DNA of 19,483 nt from Octopus sinensis (lineage: Eukaryota), in contig NW_021824246.1 in assembly GCF_006345805.1 (NCBI RefSeq), forward strand, positions 1 to 19,483, written 5' to 3'. Numbering within the stretch: the first letter of the stretch is position 1; the number at the start of each line of letters is the position of its first letter. The translations under genes were made by a program, and so were the position numbers. Below are positions 1 through 9,543 of the stretch, in pieces. The notes beneath the pieces were generated by a model. The model saw nothing but the letters and a program-made list of their open reading frames with translations, ran no database searches and had not been told where the DNA came from.

Positions 1-145
1 CCTACCTCTACTTACTTCTCACCTAGCTCCCCAAGTTACTCCTATATTCTCTTTCTATTGCACCTGCTCTCCCTATTCCCCTCCACTCTAACCATCCCCT
101 CCTCTCTCTCTGTTTTCTCTCTCTTTTCTTCCCTTTCTTAGTTTT

Positions 146-399
146 TGTTTCAAATTTTAACACAAAGCCACCAGTTTCAAAATGGGGATAAGTCGATTGC
201 ATTGACCTCAGTGCTCAGCTGGTACTTATTTTATGGACTCCGATAGGATGAAAGGCAAAGCGGACTTCGGCGGCATTTAAACTCAGAAATTGAAGTCGGA
301 CGAAATACCACAAGGAGCTAAACACAGAGGGGACAAACAAGGACGAAATACCACTAAGCGTTTTTCTTGGCGCGGTAAGGATTCGGCCAGCTCACGACC
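146..399 (-). mobile_element. tRNA-derived SINE, family A (tail type 3, ...GCCTTGTGCCAAAATTTGAAAC-like), diverged
   Basis: Reverse complement aligns with family A copies at 3314, 7146 and 14194 (head GAGCTGGC, B-box-like GAGTTTAAAT, body CCTTTCATCCT..GTACCAG). Carries a 29-bp internal insertion. Confidence 0.85.
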
Positions 400-431
400 T
401 TTTTTGTCCAAATAATATTCCTTTGATTTAT

Positions 432-561
432 TCCGCCAAAGCCTTTCATCCTCTCGGGGTCGATAAAGCCCCATAAAATAAGTACCAGTTGAACTCTGGG
501 GTTAAAGTAATCGACTTACCCTTCTCTCCGATGTTGCTGGCCTTGTGCCAACATTTGAAAC
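432..561 (+). mobile_element. SINE family A, 5'-truncated body plus type-3 tail
   Basis: GCCTTTCATCCTCTCGGGGTCGATAAA...AAATAAGTACCAGTT...GCTGGCCTTGTGCCAACATTTGAAAC matches the family A body and tail. Confidence 0.85.
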
Positions 562-562
562 C

Positions 563-818
563 TCCTTTGATTTCTTACTTCTTCAGTCGAACTCTCTCTC
601 TCCCTCTTTCTCTTTCCCTCTCTCACTCTTTTACTCCCCTTCTTTCTTACTCTCTTTAACGCTGTATCTTTTCCACGCCCCCTCTTCTACTCACTTTTCA
701 CCTTCTTTTTAAGGACCTTTCTTTCTCTCTCCCCTCTTTCAATTTCACTCTATCTCTCTTTCATGCTTGCTCTCTCTCTCTCTCTCTCCCCTCTTTCTAT
801 TTCACTCTATCTCTCTTT

Positions 819-866
<48 letters not shown>

Positions 867-1260
867 CCCCTTTATTTTGCCCTGTCTCTCTATCACCCTT
901 CTTGTTTCTCCTTCATCATGTCTCCCTTCAACATTCTATCTTTCTCTCACCCGTTCTCTCTTCCGCACTCCCTCTTTCTCTCTTCATTTTATACTCCCTT
1001 TCTCTCTCTCCCTCTCTCTCTCTCCCTCTCTCTCTCTCTCTTTTATCTTTCTGCTTCTTTTTCACCTTGTCTCTTTTTCATACTCCTTCTTTCTCCCTTT
1101 CTTGCTCTTTCTCTCTTTCATGCTGTTTCTCTTTCACCCTGCCTTTTCCTATCTTCCATCCTGTCACTCTTTCACGCATATATTTCATTATCCCCCTCCC
1201 TCTCCCTCCCCCTCTCACTCTCACTTTCCCTCTCAGTCTCCCTCTCCCTCACTCTTCTGT
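563..1260. repeat. CT-rich polypyrimidine low-complexity tract with (CT)n runs
   Basis: Directly visible strong C/T bias with several (CT)n runs. Confidence 0.9.
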
Positions 1261-1496
1261 TTATTGCAACATCTTCGCCATCTTAATGTCTTTATTTAAC
1301 ATAAAAGAACCAGAAAGATTTTTCGTTCTTGGAGATATCATAAATACCAGCATCCAAACTGTCCATTTTTAACCTCCATTTCTAGAACTTATCTTTTTAT
1401 CTTTGGCCACAGTCACATGACATTTACAATGATATCCTTCCCATAATTCATTCGCAATCTAACAAACGTTCTTTCTGACAAGCTTAGAATAAAAGC

Positions 1497-2350
1497 GTAT
1501 GTATGTATGTATGTATGTATGTATGTATGTATGTATGTATGTATGTATGTATGTATGCATGTATGTATGTATGTATGTATGCATGTATGTATGTATGTAT
1601 GTGTATGTGTATATGTGTGTATGTATGTATGTGTGAGTATGTGCATGTATGTATTTTTATATGTATATATGTATGCGTATGCATGTATATATGTATGTTT
1701 GTATATATGTATGTTTGTATATATGTATGTATGCATGTATGTATGCAAGTGTGTATGTAAGTATGCATGTATGTATATATATTCATGCATATATATGTAT
1801 GTATGTATAAATGTATGCTTGTATATATGTATGTATGTATGTATGCATGCATGTATGTATGTATGCAAATGCATGTGTGTATATACATATATATATATGC
1901 ACGTGCTTATGTTCGTATATGTATGTACATACATGTGAATGTATGTGTTATGTGTGTGTGTATGTAAGTTTATGTATATGTATGTGCTCGTACTCATGTG
2001 TGCGTGTATGTATATATATATATGTGAGGGTGTACGTATGTACTAACGTGTACGTAAGCATTTGAATGTGTGTGTATGTATTTGTGTATGTGTACATGTA
2101 TGTATGTATGTTTGTGTGTATGTACATGCATGTATGTGTACATGTCTGTATGCTTGTGTGTGAGTGTGTATGCATGCGTGTATGTATGCAGGTGTATGTA
2201 CGTATATGTGTATACGTATATCTATGTGTCAATGTGTGTGTGTGTACGTATGCATGAATGTGCATGTGTATGTATGTTTGTGTGTATGTGCGTGTATGTG
2301 TGTATATGTGTGCATGAGTGCATGTATGCATAACTGTATGTGCGTATGTG
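1497..2350. repeat. (TATG)n microsatellite decaying into mixed TATG/TG/TA repeats
   Basis: Pure (GTAT)n at about 1497-1556, then degenerate TATG/TGTG/TATA units. Confidence 0.95.
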
Positions 2351-2659
2351 TAAAAGGGGGGGGAGAGAAGGTGTATCATTTATTTATATTTATATTTATG
2401 TTTTTGTTTTTTTTTAATATTGTCCCTTTATTTCAATGATATTGTCTGGTCGAAAGTCCTTCTTTTTGGCTGTTGATTTATCAGCAGCACCAGCGACCAA
2501 ATGGTGGCGGCGACAGGGAGGAGACGATGGTGGCGATGGGGAGGGGGGGGGCAGGAGAAATGGGTGGGTAATGACAGAAATATTTGGCGAAGTTTATAGA
2601 ATTGGGGGGATTCGAGAGAAGATAATTCTCTGACTCACAGACGATAGTTCGAAATAAAC

Positions 2660-2662
2660 AAA

Positions 2663-2697
<35 letters not shown>
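2660..2697. repeat. (AAAT)n microsatellite
   Basis: Directly visible. Confidence 0.95.
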
Positions 2698-2722
2698 GCT
2701 ATAACGAAGATGGAAATGAGAA

Positions 2723-2754
<32 letters not shown>

Positions 2755-2802
2755 AGTGGTGGTGGTGGTGGTGGTGGTGGTGGTGGTGACGACAATGACG
2801 AC

Positions 2803-2855
<53 letters not shown>

Positions 2856-2950
2856 AGAAGAAGAACGAAGAAAAAGAAGAAGAAGAAGAAGAAGAAGAAG
2901 AAGAAGAAGAAGAAGAAGAAGAAGAAGAAGAAGAAGAAGAAGAAGAAGAA
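2723..2950. repeat. Compound trinucleotide microsatellite (GAT)n-(GGT)n-(GAC)n-(GAA)n
   Basis: Four abutting triplet arrays, followed by a degenerate purine-rich GAA/GAG tract to about 3120. Confidence 0.95.
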
Positions 2951-3313
2951 AATAAGGAAGATGAAGCAGTGATTGAAGTGCAGGAGTAGAGGAGGAAGAG
3001 GTAGAAAATGAAGAAAACGAGCATGAAGAAGAAAATGAAGAGAAAACAGGAAATTAGGAAAGAGAAGAAAATAAAGAAAATGAAGAAGAAAAGGAGGAGA
3101 AGGAGGAGGAGGAGGAGGAGATGTGTTCTCTAGACTACAAAAGAAATTGTGCTGCATGCTAGAATGAATATTTGAGTAATTAGTTTTCTAAAAATGAGTA
3201 TTCATCTTGAGTACTCACCTAAGAGTCATTACCTCTCTGATAAAAATGGCATTTATTCGACTCGATACTGTGACTTGGGATTTACCACTTCCATCAATAT
3301 TGCCATATTTTTT

Positions 3314-3715
3314 AAGGTGGCGAGCTGGCAGAATCGTTAGCACGCCGGGTGAAATGCGTAGCCGTATTTTGTCCGCTGTTACATTCTGAGTTCAAATTCC
3401 GCCGAGGTCGACTTTGCCTTTCATCCTTTCGGGGTCGATTATTTAAGTACCAGTTACGCACTGGGGTTGATGTAATCGACTTCATCCGTTTGTCTGTCCT
3501 TGTTTGTCCTCTCTCTGTGTTTAGCCCCTTGTGGGCAATAAAGAAATAGGTATTTCGTCTGTCTTTACGTTCTGAGTTCAAATTCCGCCGAGGTCGTGTT
3601 TGCCTTTCATCCTTTCAGGGTCGATAAATTAAGTACCAGTTGCATACTGGGGTCGATGTAATAGACTGGCCCCCTCCTTCAAAATTTCGGGCCTTGTACG
3701 TAGAGTAGAAAATAG
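3314..3715 (+). mobile_element. SINE family A dimer: full monomer with tail 1 fused to a headless monomer with tail 2
   Basis: A-box-like TGGCAGAATCG and B-box GTTCAAATTCC. The body is repeated twice (junction at about 3549). Flanked by TATTGCCATAT at 3298-3308 and 3716-3726 (TSD). Confidence 0.9.
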
Positions 3716-4674
3716 TATTGCCATATCTTTAAGGCTTATAACGTTTATACTGGGATCAATGTTCGTATGTTAACGCACACTAAGATATTCTCTGTGCGAT
3801 GGACAGAGTGAGGTTAGTCCTCGTTTATCGAGACGTATAGATATATGGAAACTGAGAGGACATAAGCTAAAGCTAGCTTTTGAAGTGGAAGTTTAAAATG
3901 GACAAAGTTGATGCTTTATGAACTTTGTAGCGAGAGCAAGTATAACTGACAGTTTGTGGTAGACTGAATAAAATTTATCCATACATCTTCATTAACTTTT
4001 AAGTACAATTTGGCAATACATGTTCTAAATCGGTTTTGAATAGATCACACCATTTTGCATTGTTTTAGTTCAGCTGGTTATGGAAACAGATAACAGATCA
4101 ACAGGGAATGTTACTTGCGACTGAACAGGTGAAATATTCTCTATCATCTGCTTGTTAAGCAGATGATAAAACATATTTCACCATTACTCCAGCCTACAAG
4201 TTCCTGTCGGGGACTTGGAGACATTTTTATATTGGTTTTGTTTGAGTTCATGCAAACAACGTAAAGAATTCGAACGATATCAGAGATATTATGGAAAAAG
4301 TTAAACAATTGAAACGTGATAGTTCCACGAAAAATCAGAACCGAAGAACTTTAGGAAGTTCTTATCAGAACAAAAGAATATCGAAGTCAAACATAGTATA
4401 TTTGGAGCATAGTAATTGTAGACAAGATTTTAAATGAAACCCAGGAAAACCAAACGGTTAATATGTAAAATCAAATCAAATCATATAACATAATGTAATA
4501 TCTAAAATAACATAATATGATATAATAAATTGTGTGTGTGGTCGAACAAACTAGCCAGAGGTACAAGAGTTCAATATATGATCGCCCTGGCTGAAATACA
4601 TTTATGTACTTGTCATAGATTTGTTCTATGGGTCAAATATTTATCAATACTTGGCATACTCAGTACTGTCTTAA

Positions 4675-5010
4675 GGTATATGATCGCTGGGCAGTCCCCC
4701 GGGGACCTCACAGCTTTGGACGGTCGTTAGGGAACCTCACGCCTATGGGTAGTTGCCAGGAGGTTTTACGCCAGTGGACAGTTGCCAGGATGCCCCACGT
4801 CTCTGAGCAGTAACCGGAGGCCTCACGGCCCAGGGAAGTTGTTAGGTGGCCTCACAACTCTGAGTTGTCGCCAGTGGGGCTTAACTGTTCTGGACAATAA
4901 CCTCGCACCCCTACAGTTCTGGGTAGTATTTCGGACAATCGGCGTGAGGCCTCATGGCTTTGGATAGTTGATGGGTGGAGAATGGGAGCTCACGACTTTG
5001 GTGGGCTATA
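4675..5010. repeat. Cryptic degenerate ~29-bp minisatellite, about 11 units
   Basis: CCTCAC-like anchors at 4706, 4735, 4764, 4793, 4821, 4850, 4880, 4909, 4950 and 4988. Approximate consensus GGCCTCAC-RGCTYTGG-RCAGTTGCC-AGG. Confidence 0.75.
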
Positions 5011-5161
5011 CGTAACAGTTTATCAGTTCAGTTGAAATACAATATTTTTGGTGTTGAGGGAGGCAGCTGAAGGGGATCGGACACAATAAAGTGGAACATT
5101 ATGGAAGCAGAAACGGTGAGGCTTAAAGCTCATGTCGAAAATGTACTTGCTCACATACACC

Positions 5162-5376
5162 TATTTCTTTACTGCCCACAAGGGGCTAAACACAGAGGGA
5201 ACAAACATAGGTATTAAGTCGATTATATCGACCCCAGTGCGTAACTGGTACTTATTTAATCGACCCCGAAAGGATGAAAGGCAAAGTCGACCTCGGCGGA
5301 ATTTGAACTCAGAACGTAACGGCAGACGAAATACCGCTAAGCATTTCGCCCGGCGTGCTAACGACTCTGCCAGCTC
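5162..5376 (-). mobile_element. SINE family A monomer with tail 1
   Basis: Reverse complement matches 3322-3548 with high identity, including the B box and the CCCCTTGTGGGCAGTAAAGAAATAG tail. Confidence 0.92.
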
Positions 5377-5639
5377 CCATTCACTCACACACTCACCTTC
5401 CTCTATATATGTTTCAGAGTGAACTAACACCCCGCACGTGACTGTCAGTGGACTGGACGAGTCTTATAAATAAATGAACCAGTAGACAGTTGAGGTCGAA
5501 CTATGAGAGCGTTAAGCTCCTTACTGTTTCTGCGTTGGAGTATTGGATTTGTTATTGTGCGAACGGTTATAAGATAACCAACTCTTGTCACATTGCTTAT
5601 TGTTATACGGTTATTTATATATGATACCGTGTTACATTG

Positions 5640-5829
5640 TTACAGACACACATATCATGTGTCATCAGTGGCGATGTAACATGCACATGCATTCATACAT
5701 ACACATTTACACATACATTCACACACGCACTCGCATCATACACACATTCACACACAAGCATTTACATAAGACACACTCATTCTCGCACATTCACATGCAC
5801 ATTAGTTCTCTCTCATTCACACACGCCAC

Positions 5830-5876
<47 letters not shown>
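5640..5876. repeat. CA-rich tract ending in pure (CA)n (about 5833-5876)
   Basis: Directly visible. Confidence 0.9.
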
Positions 5877-5879
<3 letters not shown>

Positions 5880-6009
5880 GCACGCAACATTTCCCAGCCG
5901 TTTCATCCAGTTAACGACCGCAAGACAAGCTTGCAGGCTTGTTCCGGAGAGACAGTCAGACAGGCAAGCCGAGTGGCAGGCAGGTAGATAACTGTCTAGA
6001 TGTCAAAGT

Positions 6010-6392
<383 letters not shown>

Positions 6393-6875
6393 GAGAGGTG
6401 GGGGGAGGAGGAGGAGTGGGAAATGAGGGAAAATCTGAAAGAGATCAATTGTTTATTTAGAGAAAGAGAGAGATCAGTTGCTTAACTTCCCTCGGGTTAT
6501 TTTGGCAGCGGCTGCCTTATGTCCCTTGATCTTTACTTCACCCGCTTATCTTCACTTCATCGCCACTGTCTCGTGCCTACAGAATGGGGGTAACTTCCTA
6601 AAAATCGTGCCTGTTAAACACAGATCAAAACCTCTCTCGTCAATATGCATGTGTGTGTGTGTGGATGTGTGTGGTGAAACGTTGTTCAAATGTAAACTAC
6701 GACAATGGCAGCAGGTGGAGGTGGTGGTGGGTAGGAGAGTAACATGGAGTGTATAAGGTGGAGGAACGTTATGGGGATGGTGGTAGTGATAGTGATGGTC
6801 GTGGTTGGGAATGGACAACAATAGTGGAAAATGTACAGAAAATGATAATTTCGCCACCAATATTACCAGCATCGG

Positions 6876-7108
6876 AAGGTAGCGGACTAGCAGAATCGTT
6901 AGTACGCCGGACAAAATGTTTAGCGCCATTTCGTCCGTCTTAACGTCCTTAGTCGAGGTCGCCATTTCGTCCGTCTTAACGTCCTTAGTCGAGGTCGACT
7001 TTGTCTTTCATCCCATTAGGGGTCGATAAAATAAGTACGAATTAAGCACTGGGGTCGATGTAATCGATCAACCCCCAAAATAAAGGCCTAGTGCCAAAAT
7101 TTGAAACC
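6876..7108 (+). mobile_element. SINE family A, diverged, tail 3, B box lost, 36-bp tandem duplication
   Basis: Head AAGGTAGCGGACTAGCAGAATCGTTAG, body CTTTCATCCC..GGGGTCGATAAAATAAGTAC, tail GTGCCAAAATTTGAAACC. Confidence 0.85.
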
Positions 7109-7145
7109 AGTATAATTAGCATTGGCAATATTATTACTAGCTCTA

Positions 7146-7712
7146 GGGCGGCGAGTTGGCAGAAACGTTAGCACGCTGAGCGAGATGCTTAACGGTATTT
7201 TGTCTACCGCTACGTTCTGAGTTCAAATTCCGCCGAGGTCGACTTTGCCTTTCATCCTTTCGGGGTCGATACATTAAGTACCAGTTACGCACTAGGGTCT
7301 ATATAATCGACTTAATCCGTTTGTCTGTATTTCGTCTGTCTTTACGTTCTCAGTTCAAATTCCGCCGAGGTCAACTTTACCTTTCATCCTTTCGGGGTCT
7401 ATAAATTAAGTTCCAGTTACACATTGTGGTTGATATAGTCGACTTAATCCCTTTGTCTGTCCTTGTTTGTCCCCTCTGTGTTTAGCCCCTTGTGGACAAT
7501 AAAGAAATAAGAATTGCTAGCACGGTCAGGCGAAATGCTTAGCGGTATTTCGTCTGTCTTTACGTTCTGAGTTCAAATTCCGCCGAGGTCAACTTTGCTT
7601 TCATCCTTTCGGGGTCGATAAATTAAGTACCAGTTGCGTACTGGGGTCGATCTAATCGACTGGCCCTCTCCTCAAAAATTTTGGGCCTTGTACTTAGTGT
7701 AGAAAAGAATGT
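7146..7712 (+). mobile_element. SINE family A trimer (truncated monomer + headless tail-1 monomer + partial-head tail-2 monomer)
   Basis: Three successive copies of TTCT(G/C)AGTTCAAATTCCGCCGAGGTC..CTTTCATCCTTTCGGGGTC. Bounded by ACTAGCTCTAGGGCGG at 7136-7151 and 7717-7732. Confidence 0.88.
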
Positions 7713-7726
7713 TATGACTAGCTCTA

Positions 7727-7946
7727 GGGCGGTGAGCTGGCAGAATTGTTGGCACGGTCAGGTGAAATGCTTAGCGGCATTTCGTCCGTGTTAAAGTCTT
7801 GGGATCAAATTCCACCGAGATTAGCTTTACATTTCATCCTTACGGGATCGATAAGATATGTACAGGGTCGATAAAATGTGGGGCCGATGCAATCGAGGTA
7901 TCCACTCCCTCGAAACTGCTGGCCTTGTGCCAAAATTTCAAATCAA
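7727..7946 (+). mobile_element. SINE family A, older diverged copy, tail 3
   Basis: GGGCGGTGAGCTGGCAGAATTG head through GCTGGCCTTGTGCCAAAATTTCAAATC tail, with many substitutions relative to the other copies. Confidence 0.85.
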
Positions 7947-8013
7947 TATGACTAGCACAAGATTTCGGGCTTGTGTATGTACACACATATAAATATACAT
8001 AGATATAACCCCA

Positions 8014-8250
8014 GTGTGTGTGTGTGTGTGTGTTTGTTTGTGTGTGTGTGTGTGTGTGCGCGCGTGCGCGTGAGTGTGTTATGTATGTCTGTGCGTGTGT
8101 GTGGGTGTATGTGTGTGTGTGCGTGCGTCTATGTTGGTGAGATAACTTCTTAGCTATTCAAAAACACTTCCATTTTCTTTACACCCTCTCAGATTGTTGC
8201 TGTCCATATATTTGATCTTCATCTTATATATATATATACACACACACATA

Positions 8251-8303
<53 letters not shown>

Positions 8304-8462
8304 ATATATATGTATGCATGTATGTATATATATGCATGTAAATATATATACATGTATGCATATATATGTATATATATATATATTATATATATGTATTATG
8401 TATATGTATATGTATACATACACACACACACACACTCACACACACACTCACACACACACACA
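8014..8462. repeat. (TG)n tract, short unique spacer, then mixed (TA)n/(CA)n microsatellites
   Basis: Directly visible. Confidence 0.92.
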
Positions 8463-8469
8463 CGATGGA

Positions 8470-8862
8470 CGGTGCTAAGTTGTCAAACATTTAAACCAAA
8501 TTTTCTCAAAACAATTTGTCCGACCGTCCCATAGGCCTCCTCTTTGAGAAACACTGATTTAACCTAAATTTGAGACACCAAACAGGCTGGCTTTTTTTGC
8601 GCAAACTGCACGTGCAATTTTCTCGCGTACGCGTAGTATCGATCGCAGCAGCTGATGTACTTGCGCGTACAAATGCACGTTTCCGCGGCTTTATCGATCG
8701 CATTCTCACCTGGAATCGATTTTTGTAATTTTTTCAAGACTTATACACGCCCTGATACCGTCGGTATCTACATATCAAATTTGAACGCATTCGGATGGAG
8801 GATGCCCGAGATCCTACAAGACACACACACACAGACAAACAGAACCTATTATATATAATAGA
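8470..8862 (-). mobile_element. Probable non-autonomous Helitron-type element, 5' part
   Basis: Minus strand starts A|TCTATTATATATAATAG, resembling the A^TC 5' end of Helitrons. Near-terminal short GT microsatellite and a CAAATTTGAACGCATTCGG-type motif recall DINE-1/Lep1-like rolling-circle elements (from memory). No 3' CTRR or hairpin was found. Confidence 0.5.
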
Positions 8863-8863
8863 T

Positions 8864-8865
<2 letters not shown>

Positions 8866-8915
<50 letters not shown>
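8866..8915. repeat. (TG)n microsatellite
   Basis: Directly visible. Confidence 0.97.
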
Positions 8916-8919
<4 letters not shown>

Positions 8920-9269
8920 AAAAGATTAATCGAAAGCGCTCGCACACACTAGGAAAACAACTTCTTCCAAAAAGGTTAGTAACATTCCGATAAATGATTT
9001 TATAACTTTGTAAAATTTTTTTATCTTTTTAAAAGAATCTCCTTTATACTTAAAAACAGTATTAAGTAATTTTCATATATATATATATACTACCCTAAGA
9101 GTTTAATTAATGATAAAATGTTTTTTGGCTAATTTTGGAAGAAAATCGGCAATTTACTTATTTAGTGTTGGTTGAGTTCCGCATTTGTGCGGTGGATTCG
9201 ATAAATTAGAACCTATAGACACGTGGCTGATTATTTATCGCTCCGTGTCTATGCGTTCATTCCTGACAA

Positions 9270-9356
9270 CCTGCTGAAGAAGCAGCACCAGATATAGGTT
9301 GAAATTATTTTATTTCAATCTGTATTTAAGTCTGCAGAAACCTTGCAGGGTCTAGG
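9270..9356 (+). ncRNA. Type I hammerhead ribozyme motif, predicted cleavage after GUC (C9352)
   Basis: Stem I CCTG/TAGG. Core CTGAAGA at 9274-9280. Stem II GCAG/CTGC extended by a 16-bp helix (9290-9305/9312-9327). GAAA at 9337-9340. Stem III CCT-[TGCA]-GGG, then TC. Deviation: A.A instead of a pair at the base of stem II. Confidence 0.75.
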
Positions 9357-9362
9357 ATTAAG

Positions 9363-9543
9363 GTAAAAGTTTTTATTTTTCAATCACTTTCGGAATTGCA
9401 GCAATTTGTGGCTTGGAGTTTAACTGCTCTTTCTAGTGAGTCAGATATCCTATTCTTTGGGTGTCTCTTTTGTGTTTGAATGTACACTGTATTCTTCTCT
9501 GAATAATGTATAGTTTATTGACTAATTTTTTCCTTCTCGCTAG
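9363..9543 (+). other. Putative 181-nt spliceosomal intron inside the hammerhead element
   Basis: Donor AAG|GTAAAA, branch-like TGACTAAT at 9519-9526, polypyrimidine tract TTTTTCCTTCTCGC and TAG| acceptor. Confidence 0.45.

Noticed and set aside
1300-1495. Unique island between repeats as a possible minus-strand exon (IANELWEGYHCKCHVTVAKDKKISSRNG)
   Set aside because: All frames have stops nearby, splice signals are weak, and I recognise no protein family. Spliced RNA-seq or tBLASTn evidence would be needed.
763-2439. Long ORFs rich in L/S, Y/V/C/M or H/T/I
   Set aside because: They are translations of CT and TATG microsatellites, open in several frames at once, with no protein-like complexity. 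The same applies to ORFs at 5585-6325, 7971-8534 and 18705-19221.
2710-2989. Poly-D/G/E/R acidic protein-like ORFs
   Set aside because: These come from a compound triplet microsatellite with no flanking coding context.
3314-3400. tRNA-like A and B boxes as tRNA genes
   Set aside because: The box spacing is too long, there is no cloverleaf, and the sequence continues into a repeated SINE body. This applies to all SINE heads in the window.
3849-4013. Possible decayed CR1/L2 LINE 3' end (KLRGHKLKL ... SLTFKYNL)
   Set aside because: Only two short motif echoes are present, and the expected FF..RV..WN.LP segment is not recoverable. A profile search would be needed.
4675-5010. 29-bp periodic array as a CRISPR array
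   Set aside because: Units are contiguous and degenerate with no identical repeats or unique spacers, the context is eukaryotic, and there are no cas genes.
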